DNA from: an uncultured Clostridium sp.
GTDB lineage: Bacteria > Bacillota > Clostridia > TANB77 > CAG-508
Reading direction: 5' to 3'
Length of the DNA: 64,000 nt
Assembly (NCBI GenBank): GCA_964370905.1
Contig: CAYJKK010000006.1
Coordinates: 18,345 to 82,344 of the forward strand
Positions 49,341 through 59,827 of this stretch are shown in pieces. Numbering within the stretch: position 1 is the first letter of the stretch; every line of letters begins with the position of its first letter. The notes under the pieces were generated by a model. That model saw only the letters and a list, made by a program, of their open reading frames with translations. It did not search any database and was not told the DNA's origin. Position numbers and translations under genes: made by a program.

Positions 49341-49859
49341 ATGATTAAAAAAGTAAATGTAAATAAAAATAGAATAATTGAGCAAGCTATAGAAAGAGAT
49401 CCAGTTGTGATTCTTGGCAGAAATTATAAAGTTAAAATAGTATATAGAAATGTAAGTGTAGTTGAACTTGATGTTGATTCTAAGGTTATAAAAATATCAC
49501 TACCAAACAAATATAAGAAAATGGATAGTTCAGAAATATTAGACTTAGCAATAGAAAAATTGTATGAACAAATTGCAAAAGTAGAAATAGAAAGAGCAAT
49601 GGAAAAAACAAGAATTATCTTAGGTTTTGCACCAGAAGAATATGAAATAAAAAAAATTAAAAAATTAGCAGAATGTAAAAATAGTAAAATTACAATAAGC
49701 CCAGAAGTATCTATATATTCAAGAGAAGTCATAGATTATATTGTATTACATGAATATTGTCACTTAAAATACAAAACACATTGTAAAGAATTTAATAAAT
49801 TAATAGAAAAAAATTGTGCAAATTATAAAAAATGTGAAGAAATTTTAATGAAAATATAA
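49341..49859 (+). CDS. DUF45/YgjP-like zinc metallohydrolase (HExxH...H)
   Basis: YIVLHEYCHLKYKTHCKEFNKLIE matches the YgjP/DUF45 (M48-related) motif. The start is moved to 49341 (RBS aaaggtgg at -6) because 49278 lies upstream of the predicted transcription start site. Confidence 0.65.
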   Translation: MIKKVNVNKNRIIEQAIERDPVVILGRNYKVKIVYRNVSVVELDVDSKVIKISLPNKYKKMDSSEILDLAIEKLYEQIAKVEIERAMEKTRIILGFAPEEYEIKKIKKLAECKNSKITISPEVSIYSREVIDYIVLHEYCHLKYKTHCKEFNKLIEKNCANYKKCEEILMKI

Positions 49860-49927
49860 GTTTAAATCTATTTACTCTAATAACTTTATTTGTTATAATT
49901 ACAATAATAAGATTTTGGAGGTAACAA

Positions 49928-51508
49928 ATGAGAAAATTAAGACAAGATAGTGGTATAACTTTGTTAGCATTATCAATAACTATAGTCGTAATATTAATTT
50001 TAGCAGTAACAACAATGTCAACAGGACTACAAATTATAGAGAACACACAATATGAAAGTTTTATAGCAGAACTTAAAATAATGCAATCAGAAGTTAATTT
50101 ATTATATGATGAAATAAAAAGGGAAACACAATTAAATACAGAACCTAATTATGATATATATGGTGATTCAATTAGCGCTAGCACGAATGCAAGTTTTGTA
50201 TTTACATCATCAGAATCTGGAATAACAGATCAAACAGGTTATAGATATTATAGTAGAGATTATTTGAATAATACACTTGGAATAGAAAGTGTTACAAGAG
50301 GATTTTTTATTAATATAGAAAAAAGAAGTGTAATAAGTGAAGAGGGAATTACTAGAGATGAAGATACATATTATACATTAGCACAAATACCAGGTGGAGG
50401 GTATAATGTTGAATATGTTGCAGAAGAAGGTGTACCTACATTTAATATTAATACAGAGCAAATAAGTGGTACAGAGTGTAATGTAAGTATAGTAGACATT
50501 CAATATTCAGGTTATATTGAAAAATGGGATGTATATTATAGATTAAAAGGAGATATGAACTGGAAAAAAACAGATAAATCAGAATTTAGTGTTTTTAATT
50601 CTGGAGAATATACAATAAAAATTAAAAATGGAGAAGTTGAATCTTCAGAAACAAATTTCTATATAAATTATTTCAGAGTAGGTGACTACGTAAATTATAA
50701 GCCTGGTGGAGCAAACTTTTCTTGGACAACAAACGTTGATTATATAGAAAGCCCACAAAGTGTAGATTCAATAAATACAGAAGCAGATTTAAAGTGGAGA
50801 GTATTAGATTATAATGCTGAAACTGGTGAAGTACAAATAATAAGTGAAACACCAACTTTAGCAGAAGTTAGTTTTACAGGAGCTAAAAGTTATGATAATG
50901 GTGTATATATGTTAGATTCAATAGCTAGTACATTATATGATGCACCAGAAGCAGTAAGTGTTCAAAACTTAAAAATTGAAGATATAGAAAAATATTTAAG
51001 TTATGATTATAAACTATACACAAATGGATTATATGAATATGGTGAAGAAACATTAAGTTATAGTGATATAAATTCATACTATCCTAGAATGTATGAAACA
51101 GAAAAATCAGACCCACTTAAAAATTTAAGTGTTCAAACAGGAATATTAATAGAGATAGGAAGTTCACAAGGAACTCCTCTTACAGTAACACAGTCATACT
51201 GGGAAAAAGCAGTTGTTTCTGATGATTTTACTTCAAATATTTATTATGATTTATTTATAAATGATGGTACAAGTGATTATTCACCATATTGGTTATCTTC
51301 AAGAGCAGTAGACGGGACATCAACAGTTGCAGATTTTAAACTAAGTAGTATTACAAATGGAACTATAGGTGGATATACAGTATTTTCATCAAGTGATATT
51401 GAAAGTGAAGTATCATATTCTTTAAGACCAGTTGTAACATTAAATGCAAATGTAAGAATAACTGATGGAACAGGTGAAAAAGAAACACCATATTTAATTG
51501 AAAATTAA
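49928..51508 (+). CDS. large secreted/pilin-like protein with type IV prepilin-like N-terminus (class III signal peptide-like, no Glu+5)
   Basis: MRKLRQDSG|ITLLALSITIVVILILAVTTMSTGLQIIENTQYESF... A short basic leader, Gly, 20 hydrophobic residues, then an amphipathic helix, as in pilin alpha-1. 526 aa. No other domain recognised. No terminator between it and the DUF45 gene. Confidence 0.5.
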   Translation: MRKLRQDSGITLLALSITIVVILILAVTTMSTGLQIIENTQYESFIAELKIMQSEVNLLYDEIKRETQLNTEPNYDIYGDSISASTNASFVFTSSESGITDQTGYRYYSRDYLNNTLGIESVTRGFFINIEKRSVISEEGITRDEDTYYTLAQIPGGGYNVEYVAEEGVPTFNINTEQISGTECNVSIVDIQYSGYIEKWDVYYRLKGDMNWKKTDKSEFSVFNSGEYTIKIKNGEVESSETNFYINYFRVGDYVNYKPGGANFSWTTNVDYIESPQSVDSINTEADLKWRVLDYNAETGEVQIISETPTLAEVSFTGAKSYDNGVYMLDSIASTLYDAPEAVSVQNLKIEDIEKYLSYDYKLYTNGLYEYGEETLSYSDINSYYPRMYETEKSDPLKNLSVQTGILIEIGSSQGTPLTVTQSYWEKAVVSDDFTSNIYYDLFINDGTSDYSPYWLSSRAVDGTSTVADFKLSSITNGTIGGYTVFSSSDIESEVSYSLRPVVTLNANVRITDGTGEKETPYLIEN

Positions 51509-51604
51509 AAAAAATAGAAAAATATGTTAAGAAATTCAAGATTTTTAATACCTTGGATTTCTTTTTAAATATATGCTTATTTAGTAAATTTTTAGTGAAT
51601 TTAG

Positions 51605-51633
51605 TTTACATTTATAGGCTTTTAAGGTATAAT
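51605..51633 (+). promoter_or_regulatory. sigma-A promoter TTTACA-17-TATAAT for lysS
   Basis: tttaca at 51605-51610 and tataat at 51628-51633. Confidence 0.55.
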
Positions 51634-51668
51634 GTATACATAAATTAGAAAGAAAAAGGAGAATGACT

Positions 51669-53174
51669 ATGCAAGAAAATAACAATAATCAAGAACAAGA
51701 ATTAGATTTAAACCAATTAATGAAAATAAGAAGAGAGAAATTAAAAGAATTACAAGATAAAGGACAAGATCCTTTTACAGTAACAAAAGTAGATAGAACA
51801 GCAACAGCTGGTGAAATAAAAGGTAATTATGAAAAATTTGAACAAAAAGATGTAACAGTATGTGGAAGAATAATAGCTAAAAGAATAATGGGAAAAGCTT
51901 CTTTTTGTACTATTCAAGATAGTGATGAAAAAATACAAAGTTATGTTAGTATAAATGATATAGGAGAAGATCCATATAAAGAATTTAAAACATATGATAT
52001 GGGAGATTTTATATCAATAACTGGATTTGTTTTTACAACAAAAACAGGAGAAATATCAGTACATGCTAAAAGTGTACAATTATTAACTAAATCATTAAGA
52101 CCACTTCCAGAAAAATATCATGGTTTAAAAGATCCGGATTTAAGATATAGACAAAGATATACAGATTTAATAGTAAATCCAGAAGTTAAACAAAATTTTG
52201 TAATAAGAAGTAAAATAATTAGTAAAATAAGAAATATATTAGAAGAAAAAGGATTTATAGAAGTAGAAACACCAATATTGAATACAATATCAGGTGGAGC
52301 AACAGCAAGACCATTTATAACACACCATAATACTTTAGATTTAGATATGTATTTAAGAATTGCACCAGAATTAAACTTAAAAAGATTAATTGTTGGTGGA
52401 TTTGATAAGGTATATGAAATAGGAAGAGTATTTAGAAATGAAGGTATGGATATTAGACATAATCCAGAATTTAGTATAATGGAATTATATGCAGCATATC
52501 AGAATTATGAAGATATGATGAATATAACAGAAGAAATATTTACTAGAGTTGCACAAGATATATTAGGAACAACAACAGTAAGTTATCAAGGACAAGAAAT
52601 AAATTTAGCTAAAGGTTGGAAAAGAATCACTATGATAGATTCTATAAAAGAAGTAACAGGAATAGACTTTAATGAAATATTAACAGATGAAGAAGCTGTT
52701 AAATTAGCTAAAGAAAAACATATAGAAATACCAGATAAAACAAAGGAAACAAGAGGAGATGTTATAAACTTATTCTTTGAAGAATATGTAGAAAAAACAT
52801 TAATCCAACCAACATTTATATATGAGTACCCAGTAGAAATATCACCACTTGCAAAAAAATGTCCACAAAATCCAAAAATGACAGAAAGATTTGAAGTATT
52901 TATTGGTGGAAGAGAATATGGAAATGCATTCTCAGAGTTAAATGATCCAATAGATCAATATGAAAGATTTAAAGGTCAAGTGGCAGCAAAAGAAGCAGGA
53001 GATGATGAAGCAGGAGATATGGACGACGATTATATTAATGCTTTAGAAATTGGTTTACCACCTACAGGAGGTCTTGGTATAGGGATAGATAGATTTGTAA
53101 TGTTACTTACAGATTCTGCATCAATAAGAGATGTACTATTATTCCCAACTATGAAACCAATTACTAATAACTAA
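51669..53174 (+). CDS. lysS: lysine--tRNA ligase (class II)
   Basis: OB anticodon-binding domain plus class II motifs ([29 protein letters not shown]). ATG 51669 preferred (RBS aaggag at -7). Confidence 0.95.
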   Translation: MQENNNNQEQELDLNQLMKIRREKLKELQDKGQDPFTVTKVDRTATAGEIKGNYEKFEQKDVTVCGRIIAKRIMGKASFCTIQDSDEKIQSYVSINDIGEDPYKEFKTYDMGDFISITGFVFTTKTGEISVHAKSVQLLTKSLRPLPEKYHGLKDPDLRYRQRYTDLIVNPEVKQNFVIRSKIISKIRNILEEKGFIEVETPILNTISGGATARPFITHHNTLDLDMYLRIAPELNLKRLIVGGFDKVYEIGRVFRNEGMDIRHNPEFSIMELYAAYQNYEDMMNITEEIFTRVAQDILGTTTVSYQGQEINLAKGWKRITMIDSIKEVTGIDFNEILTDEEAVKLAKEKHIEIPDKTKETRGDVINLFFEEYVEKTLIQPTFIYEYPVEISPLAKKCPQNPKMTERFEVFIGGREYGNAFSELNDPIDQYERFKGQVAAKEAGDDEAGDMDDDYINALEIGLPPTGGLGIGIDRFVMLLTDSASIRDVLLFPTMKPITNN

Positions 53175-53193
53175 AAATACAAAGGAGATAAGA

Positions 53194-53937
53194 ATGTTTA
53201 ATTTTGCTTTTGATAAAAAAACTTTATATATAATAATGGGGGTACTGATATTATTAACATTAGTTAATTATTTAGGGAATCCAGATGCTTTATATTTATT
53301 AGTACTAACAATACCAGGAGTATTAGTTGCAATTACATTTCATGAATTTGCTCATGTATTTGCAGCTAGTAAATTAGGTGATGATACTGCTAAACGTCAA
53401 GGAAGATTAAATTTAAACCCATTATCACATATGGATCCAATAGGAACATTAATGTTACTATTTGCAGGATTTGGATGGGGAAAACCAGTAGCAGTTGATC
53501 CTAGGAATTATTCAAGAAAATATACAGTAGAACAAGGTGAAGCTATTGTTTCAATAGCAGGTCCATTAATGAACATATTATTAGCATTTGTAATATCACT
53601 AATAATTGCATTAGTTGGTAGATTTGCACCTGAAGTTATGCTATCACAAGTTGGAATAATTACTATGCAAATATTAATGCTTGCTGTATCTATTAATATA
53701 GGGTTAGGGGTATTTAATTTAATACCACTACCACCACTTGATGGATCAAAAGTAATAATGCTGTTCTTACCAAATAAAGCAAAATATTGGTTTAATAATA
53801 ATTCACATATATTTTATTTAGTATTTGTAATATTATTTGTAACAGGATTTGCAGGAGAGATAATAAGTCCAGCAGTAATGTGGATTACTGAACTCGTAAC
53901 AGGACTTGCAGGATTAATAGTAGGAGTAGGAATTTGA
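53194..53937 (+). CDS. site-2 protease family (M50) zinc metalloprotease
   Basis: HExxH in a TM helix ([11 protein letters not shown]). Downstream LDGSKV-type motif ([10 protein letters not shown]). Six TM helices. Confidence 0.8.
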   Translation: MFNFAFDKKTLYIIMGVLILLTLVNYLGNPDALYLLVLTIPGVLVAITFHEFAHVFAASKLGDDTAKRQGRLNLNPLSHMDPIGTLMLLFAGFGWGKPVAVDPRNYSRKYTVEQGEAIVSIAGPLMNILLAFVISLIIALVGRFAPEVMLSQVGIITMQILMLAVSINIGLGVFNLIPLPPLDGSKVIMLFLPNKAKYWFNNNSHIFYLVFVILFVTGFAGEIISPAVMWITELVTGLAGLIVGVGI

Positions 53938-54932
53938 TGAAAAAAGATATATTAACACTTGGAATTGAATCTAGTTGTGATGAAACCTCTGTTTCTGTTG
54001 TCAAAAACGGAAGAGAGGTTCTTTCGAATATAATTGATACACAAATACCAATACATGAAAAATATGGAGGTGTAGTACCAGAAATTGCATCTAGAAATCA
54101 TATAGAAGCAATTTCAAGAGTTGTAAAAAAAGCGCTAGAAGAAGCGAAAATAACATATTCAGATATAGATGTAATAGCTCCAACATACGGACCAGGCTTA
54201 GTAGGAGCACTACTAGTTGGGCTTAACTATGCTAAATCACTATCATATGCAATAGATAAACCTTTAGTAGGAATAAATCACTTAGAAGGTCATATTGCAT
54301 CAAACTATTTAACATACCAAGAATTAAAACCGCCTTTTATCTGTATAATGATGTCAGGTGGTAATACACAAATAGTTCATGTTAAAGGTTATACAGAATT
54401 TGAAGTACTTGGAAAAACTAGAGATGATGCAATAGGAGAAGCTTTTGATAAAGTAGCAAGAGTTATAGGACTAGGATACCCAGGAGGGCCTAAAGTTGAT
54501 AATTTAGCAAAACAAGGTAAGCCAAATATTAAATTACCTAAAACAGAATTTAATGATGGAAGTTTAGATTTTAGTTTTAGTGGAATAAAAACAGCAGTAA
54601 TTAATTTTAATCATAATACAAAAGATATAAACAAAGCAGATTTATGTGCTAGTTTTCAAAAAACAGTTACAGAAACTTTAATGCAAAATGTAGAAAAAGC
54701 AATAGAAAAAACTGGAGTTAAAGTAATATCACTAGCAGGTGGAGTATCTGCAAATTCATATATAAGGGAAGAATTTAAAAAATTAGAAAAAGTTGGAATG
54801 AAAATATATATGCCAGAATTAAAATTATGTACAGATAATGCAGCAATGATTGCATCAGCTGGATATTATAACTATATTTCAGGAAAACGAGATAACTTAG
54901 ATTTAAATGCAGTACCAAATTTAAAACTATAA
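53937..54932 (+). CDS. tsaD: tRNA N6-adenosine threonylcarbamoyltransferase
   Basis: [22 protein letters not shown], HxxxH metal site region (INHLEGHI). Start ATGA overlaps the upstream stop. Confidence 0.95.
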   Translation: MKKDILTLGIESSCDETSVSVVKNGREVLSNIIDTQIPIHEKYGGVVPEIASRNHIEAISRVVKKALEEAKITYSDIDVIAPTYGPGLVGALLVGLNYAKSLSYAIDKPLVGINHLEGHIASNYLTYQELKPPFICIMMSGGNTQIVHVKGYTEFEVLGKTRDDAIGEAFDKVARVIGLGYPGGPKVDNLAKQGKPNIKLPKTEFNDGSLDFSFSGIKTAVINFNHNTKDINKADLCASFQKTVTETLMQNVEKAIEKTGVKVISLAGGVSANSYIREEFKKLEKVGMKIYMPELKLCTDNAAMIASAGYYNYISGKRDNLDLNAVPNLKL

Positions 54933-54944
54933 AGGGGGAATCTT

Positions 54945-55655
54945 ATGGCAGTATTTGTAATTGCAGATTTGCATTTATCATTTTTAGAAAATAAGCCAAT
55001 GAATATATTTGGAAATAATTGGACAAACCATGAAGAAAAAATACAAAAAGACTGGATAAAAAAAGTAAAAGAAAATGATATTGTAGTTTTGCCAGGAGAT
55101 TTCTCATGGGCTACATATATAGAAAATGCATATTTGGATTTTGAATATATAAATAAATTACCAGGTAAAAAATTACTATTAAAAGGTAATCATGATTATT
55201 GGTGGGAAACATTAAAAAAAATGAGAACATACTTAGCTGATAATAACTTTAAAAATATAGATTTTATATATAACAATGCATATGTAACTGATGAATATAT
55301 ATTATGTGGTACTAGGGGATGGAGTCAAACAGATGATGGGTTAGATCCTAAGTTATTAAATAGAGAAATACTTAGGCTAGAATTATCATTAGAAGAAGCA
55401 AGGAAAATTAATGAAAAATTAGATATAAAAAAAGAAATAGTAGTGTTTATGCATTATCCACCAATTATAGATATTAAAGAAAAAGACACAAATGAATTTT
55501 TAAAGTTAATGAATAAATATAATATTAAAAGATGCTATTATGGGCATTTACATGGTACTTCAATGGAAAATGGTATAGAAGGAATTGTAAAAAATATAGA
55601 ATTAAAATTAATAAGTGCAGATAAGTTAGATTTTAAATTAGAAGAAATAAAATAG
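54945..55655 (+). CDS. calcineurin-like metallophosphoesterase
   Basis: IADLHLS, GDFSW, GNHDYWW and HYPP motifs. Confidence 0.8.
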   Translation: MAVFVIADLHLSFLENKPMNIFGNNWTNHEEKIQKDWIKKVKENDIVVLPGDFSWATYIENAYLDFEYINKLPGKKLLLKGNHDYWWETLKKMRTYLADNNFKNIDFIYNNAYVTDEYILCGTRGWSQTDDGLDPKLLNREILRLELSLEEARKINEKLDIKKEIVVFMHYPPIIDIKEKDTNEFLKLMNKYNIKRCYYGHLHGTSMENGIEGIVKNIELKLISADKLDFKLEEIK

Positions 55656-55680
55656 TTGATAGAGGAGAAAGTATCGAAAT

Positions 55681-57726
55681 ATGATTAACTTAGAAAAAGA
55701 TGTTAAATTTGTAAAAGGTGTAGGACCAAGTAAAGTTGAATTACTTAACAAATTAAAAATATTTACCTTAAAAGACTTAATAACATATTATCCAAGAACA
55801 TATGAAGATAGAAGTATACCTAAAGATATATTAGAATGTATAGATGGAGAAGAAGCTTTAGTAGAAGGAATAGCAATAAATAAAATAACAGAAATTAGAA
55901 TTAAAGGCAAAACTATGCAAAAACTAGTCATTCAAGATGAAATTGGAAGAATAGAAATAACATGGTTCAATCAAAGCTATTTAAAAACATATTTTAATAT
56001 GGGAGAAAAATATACTTTTTTTGGAAAAATATCAAATAAATTTGGAAGAATTACAATGACTTCGCCAGTATTTGATAAAAACGGAGTTACCAAAAACACA
56101 GGAAAAATAGTTCCAATATACCCACTTACATATAGCTTATCTCAAAATGTATTAAGAAGAATAATTGAAAATGGATTATTAGAATTAAGTGGTAATATAG
56201 AAGAAACACTTCCAAAATATATATTAGAAGAGTATAAATTAGAAGAAATAAATAAAACAATAAATCAAATACATTTCCCAAATGATTTTACAGAATTTGA
56301 AAAAGCTAGGTTAAGATTAGTTTTTGAAGAACTCTTTATAACACAAATAGCACTATTGCAGTTAAAAAATATGTATAAAAATGATGAGATAGGAATTTCA
56401 TTTTCAAAAGAAGCTAAAATGTCAGATATAATAAATAAATTACCATTTACTTTAACAAATGCACAAAAAAGAGTATTAGAAGAAATTGATAATAATATGG
56501 AATCTAAAAAATCAATGAATAGACTATTACAAGGTGATGTTGGTTCTGGTAAGACAGTTATTGCGATATGTTCTGCATATAAAGCAGTAAAATGTGGTTA
56601 TCAAGCAGCAATTATGGCTCCAACAGCGATACTTGCAACTCAGCATTATAATAATTTTAAGAATCTATTGGACTCATTAGATATTAAATGTGAATTACTA
56701 ATATCAGGAATAACAAAAAAGAAAAAAGAAGATATATTAAAAAGATTAGAAAATGGTGAAATAGATATATTAATAGGAACACATGCAATATTAGAAGATA
56801 ACGTTATATTTAAAAACTTGGGATTAGTTGTAACAGATGAACAACATAGATTTGGTGTAAAACAAAGAACTAAAATAGCAGAAAAAGGACAAAATCCAGA
56901 TATATTAGTTATGACAGCAACACCAATACCTAGAACATTAGCATTAATCCTATATGGTGATTTAGATATTTCAATAATTGATGAACTACCACCAAATAGG
57001 AAAGTTATAGAAACTTTTGCAGTAAACAAACAAATGAAAGATAGAGTAAATACTTTTATTGAAGAACAAGTAAAAGAAGGAAGACAAGCATATATAGTAT
57101 GCCCATTAGTTGAAGAAAATGAAGAGTTAGATTTAAAATCAGTTGAAAAAATATATGAAGAATATAGTCAAAAAATATTTCCAAATTATAGAGTTGGATA
57201 TATCCATGGTAAAATGAAACAAAAAGAAAAAGATGATATAATGCTTCATTTTAAAGCACATGAAATTGATATATTAATATCAACAACAGTAATAGAAGTA
57301 GGTGTGGATGTTCCAAATTCAAATATTATGGTTATAGAAAATGCAGAAAGATTTGGATTAGCACAGCTTCACCAGTTACGAGGAAGAGTAGGAAGAGGAG
57401 AATATAAGTCGTATTGTATTTTAAAGCCTGAGAGTAATAGTGAATCAACAAGAAAAAGAATGAAGGTAATGGTAGATACAAATGATGGATTTATAATATC
57501 TGAAAAAGATTTAGAATTACGTGGTTCTGGTGATTTCTTTGGGACTATGCAACATGGTATACCGGAGTTTAAAATAGCTAACTTATTTGAGGACATACAA
57601 ATACTTAAAACTGTTCAAATTTTAGCAGATAAAATAATTACAGAAGATCCTAAGTTAGAAGAAGAGAAAAATATAAAAATAAAAGAGCTTATAAAAGATA
57701 AATTCACAAATAGAATAGAGATATAA
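55681..57726 (+). CDS. recG: ATP-dependent DNA helicase RecG
   Basis: Wedge/OB N-domain. SF2 helicase motifs GDVGSGKT, DEQHRFG and QLRGRVGRG. Confidence 0.95.
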   Translation: MINLEKDVKFVKGVGPSKVELLNKLKIFTLKDLITYYPRTYEDRSIPKDILECIDGEEALVEGIAINKITEIRIKGKTMQKLVIQDEIGRIEITWFNQSYLKTYFNMGEKYTFFGKISNKFGRITMTSPVFDKNGVTKNTGKIVPIYPLTYSLSQNVLRRIIENGLLELSGNIEETLPKYILEEYKLEEINKTINQIHFPNDFTEFEKARLRLVFEELFITQIALLQLKNMYKNDEIGISFSKEAKMSDIINKLPFTLTNAQKRVLEEIDNNMESKKSMNRLLQGDVGSGKTVIAICSAYKAVKCGYQAAIMAPTAILATQHYNNFKNLLDSLDIKCELLISGITKKKKEDILKRLENGEIDILIGTHAILEDNVIFKNLGLVVTDEQHRFGVKQRTKIAEKGQNPDILVMTATPIPRTLALILYGDLDISIIDELPPNRKVIETFAVNKQMKDRVNTFIEEQVKEGRQAYIVCPLVEENEELDLKSVEKIYEEYSQKIFPNYRVGYIHGKMKQKEKDDIMLHFKAHEIDILISTTVIEVGVDVPNSNIMVIENAERFGLAQLHQLRGRVGRGEYKSYCILKPESNSESTRKRMKVMVDTNDGFIISEKDLELRGSGDFFGTMQHGIPEFKIANLFEDIQILKTVQILADKIITEDPKLEEEKNIKIKELIKDKFTNRIEI

Positions 57727-57782
57727 AGATTAAAAAAAGAAAAGATTAAACAACAAATATTAGATAAAAGGATGTAGGGAAT

Positions 57783-57974
57783 ATGTTTGATATAGTTATT
57801 AAATTAATAGGAGTAACAATTGTTTTAATAGGTACAATTTTAATATATGATGCACGAATAATAACTAAAAAGTTTTTTGGGTTTGGTGATCAAAATCAAG
57901 GAAGTATAGGCTTAAAGATACTTGGTTTTGTTATAGCTATAATTGGTGCTGCTGTAATATATTTTAATATGTAA
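57783..57974 (+). CDS. possible small 2-TM membrane protein (63 aa)
   Basis: ORF with RBS aaaggatg. Two hydrophobic helices. Confidence 0.35.
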   Translation: MFDIVIKLIGVTIVLIGTILIYDARIITKKFFGFGDQNQGSIGLKILGFVIAIIGAAVIYFNM

Positions 57975-58052
57975 AAATAAGTATAATTTAGACTTAAACA
58001 TCTTGACAAGTATATTTTAAATATGATATTATATATCTTGTCAAGTTTATAT

Positions 58053-58136
58053 GCGGATGTGGCGGAATTGGTAGACGCGCTGGTCTTAGGAACCAGTACC
58101 GAAGGTGTGAAGGTTCGAGTCCTTTCATCCGCACCA
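58053..58136 (+). tRNA. tRNA-Leu (anticodon UAG), CCA encoded
   Basis: Acceptor GCGGATG/CATCCGC. Anticodon stem-loop CTGGT-CTTAGGA-ACCAG. Long variable arm. T-arm AAGGTTCGAGTCCTT. Ends ACCA. Confidence 0.9.
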
Positions 58137-58168
58137 TATAACAAGTTTAATATCAGATTTTATAATTG

Positions 58169-58197
58169 CCTCATCAATGGATGAGGTGATTTTTTTT
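58169..58197 (+). terminator. intrinsic terminator after tRNA-Leu
   Basis: cctcatc-aatg-gatgagg followed by tgattttttt. Confidence 0.8.
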
Positions 58198-58298
58198 AAT
58201 AAAAGAAGTGAATATATTTTATTTTAAATAATTGACAATATGAATAAAAAAAGTTAAAATGAAAATGATTATATGAGTACTTAGGAGGAAAAATAAGA

Positions 58299-59807
58299 AT
58301 GAGAAATATAAAGGGAATTACATTAATTAGTTTAGTGATAACAATAATAATAATGTTAATATTAGCTGTTGTAACTATAGCTATGATTGCAGGAGAAAAT
58401 GGTATAATAAGTAATGCTAGTAAAGCAGAAATAATAACTAAATATGGAAATTACAAAGAAATTATAGAATTAGATGTATATGAAGATAATGTAGATGAGT
58501 TTGCCTCAGCGTATGTAGAAGAATATAAAATTACTTCATTAATGTATAATATAAGAGTAGAAGAAGATGTGCAAGAGATCATTGGAGATTCAGCTGCGGA
58601 ATTTAAAAATAAAATTGTATATATAGGAGATAAGATAATATATATAAAAGATGACCAAAATGAGGATACATCAGAAATAGAAAATATAGGTTATGAAGTT
58701 GCATTTAGATCAGATATAGAATATATGATTGAATTACAAATGATAGAAAATCTTGCAACACTGAGCCAAAGATATGAATACGATAAAATTGGTAAAGATG
58801 TAGGAACAATAGCATATCCAGAAAATGTATATATAGCTGGAATTGGATATGGAGAAGGTTGGACAGTTTTAGGAGATGGTGATTCAAGTGGAGAAAACAC
58901 AAATATAGTTAATGAAATATTAGAATTAGGAAAATTTGATTTGCCAGATGAAGAAAAAAAATATTTTCAAAACAGTCCATATATAGTGGAATATGAAAAT
59001 GGGTATGTACAAAGTATAGAAGGAAGAAATACTGAAGTAGGAACAGATGAAGAAATTTGGAAATATACATATAATTATGAAGGTGATAGTTATGTAATAA
59101 ATAATTTATTATTAGCTGTAACAGAAGATTCAGTTAGGGAATCAGGATTTTTTGGTGGGTTTAATAGCACGATAGATAAGCAATTTGAATATGTAGAAGA
59201 TAAGTATGGACATAAAGGATTAGTAACAGGAGCAAATGCAGCAGAAATTGCAATTGAACAAAAAAATAAAATAAATAATCAATATTCTGTGAGTATTGTT
59301 ATAGAGGGAACAACTAATCAGACAAAAACAGCTCCAGCAGCTTTTACATATCCAGATGGTTTGAGATACTATGGAAAAACTATATTTTCGATTTGTAATA
59401 CGGTAAATAACTATACATCTTGGATAAGTATTGTAGATGACAAATTAAGAATATATGCATATAGTTATTTGACAGATCCAGTAAATAATATGCCAGGATA
59501 TATGTGGATAGATATAAGTGAATATGATAATAAATTTATGCATTTACAATTAACAGTAGAAAAAGGTGGACAAGCAAAACTATATATAAATGGCGATATG
59601 AAAGCAGAATTTGATTCAGGTTCAAAAGAATTTGAAAACACTACATTAACTATTGGAGACTTACGAGCAGAAAGAAATTTAAGATATGTGGGAACAATAT
59701 ATGATGTAGCACTATATGGAAAAGTATTAACAGAAGAAGAGGCCAAGCGTAATTGGAAATATGTACAGAAAGAATATAATATAGACAATAGTGGAACACA
59801 AAATTAA
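58299..59807 (+). CDS. large pilin-like protein (prepilin-like N-terminus) with C-terminal concanavalin-A/LamG-like lectin domain
   Basis: MRNIKG|ITLISLVITIIIMLILAVVTIAMIAGENGII. The N-terminus is paralogous to the 49928 protein. The C-terminal 150 aa (…LRIYAYSY…MHLQLTVEKGGQAKLYINGDMKAEF…TLTIGDL…YVGTIYDVALYGKVLTEEEA) look like a LamG jelly roll. Confidence 0.5.
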   Translation: MRNIKGITLISLVITIIIMLILAVVTIAMIAGENGIISNASKAEIITKYGNYKEIIELDVYEDNVDEFASAYVEEYKITSLMYNIRVEEDVQEIIGDSAAEFKNKIVYIGDKIIYIKDDQNEDTSEIENIGYEVAFRSDIEYMIELQMIENLATLSQRYEYDKIGKDVGTIAYPENVYIAGIGYGEGWTVLGDGDSSGENTNIVNEILELGKFDLPDEEKKYFQNSPYIVEYENGYVQSIEGRNTEVGTDEEIWKYTYNYEGDSYVINNLLLAVTEDSVRESGFFGGFNSTIDKQFEYVEDKYGHKGLVTGANAAEIAIEQKNKINNQYSVSIVIEGTTNQTKTAPAAFTYPDGLRYYGKTIFSICNTVNNYTSWISIVDDKLRIYAYSYLTDPVNNMPGYMWIDISEYDNKFMHLQLTVEKGGQAKLYINGDMKAEFDSGSKEFENTTLTIGDLRAERNLRYVGTIYDVALYGKVLTEEEAKRNWKYVQKEYNIDNSGTQN

Positions 59808-59827
59808 TTATAAATAAAGGGGAATAA

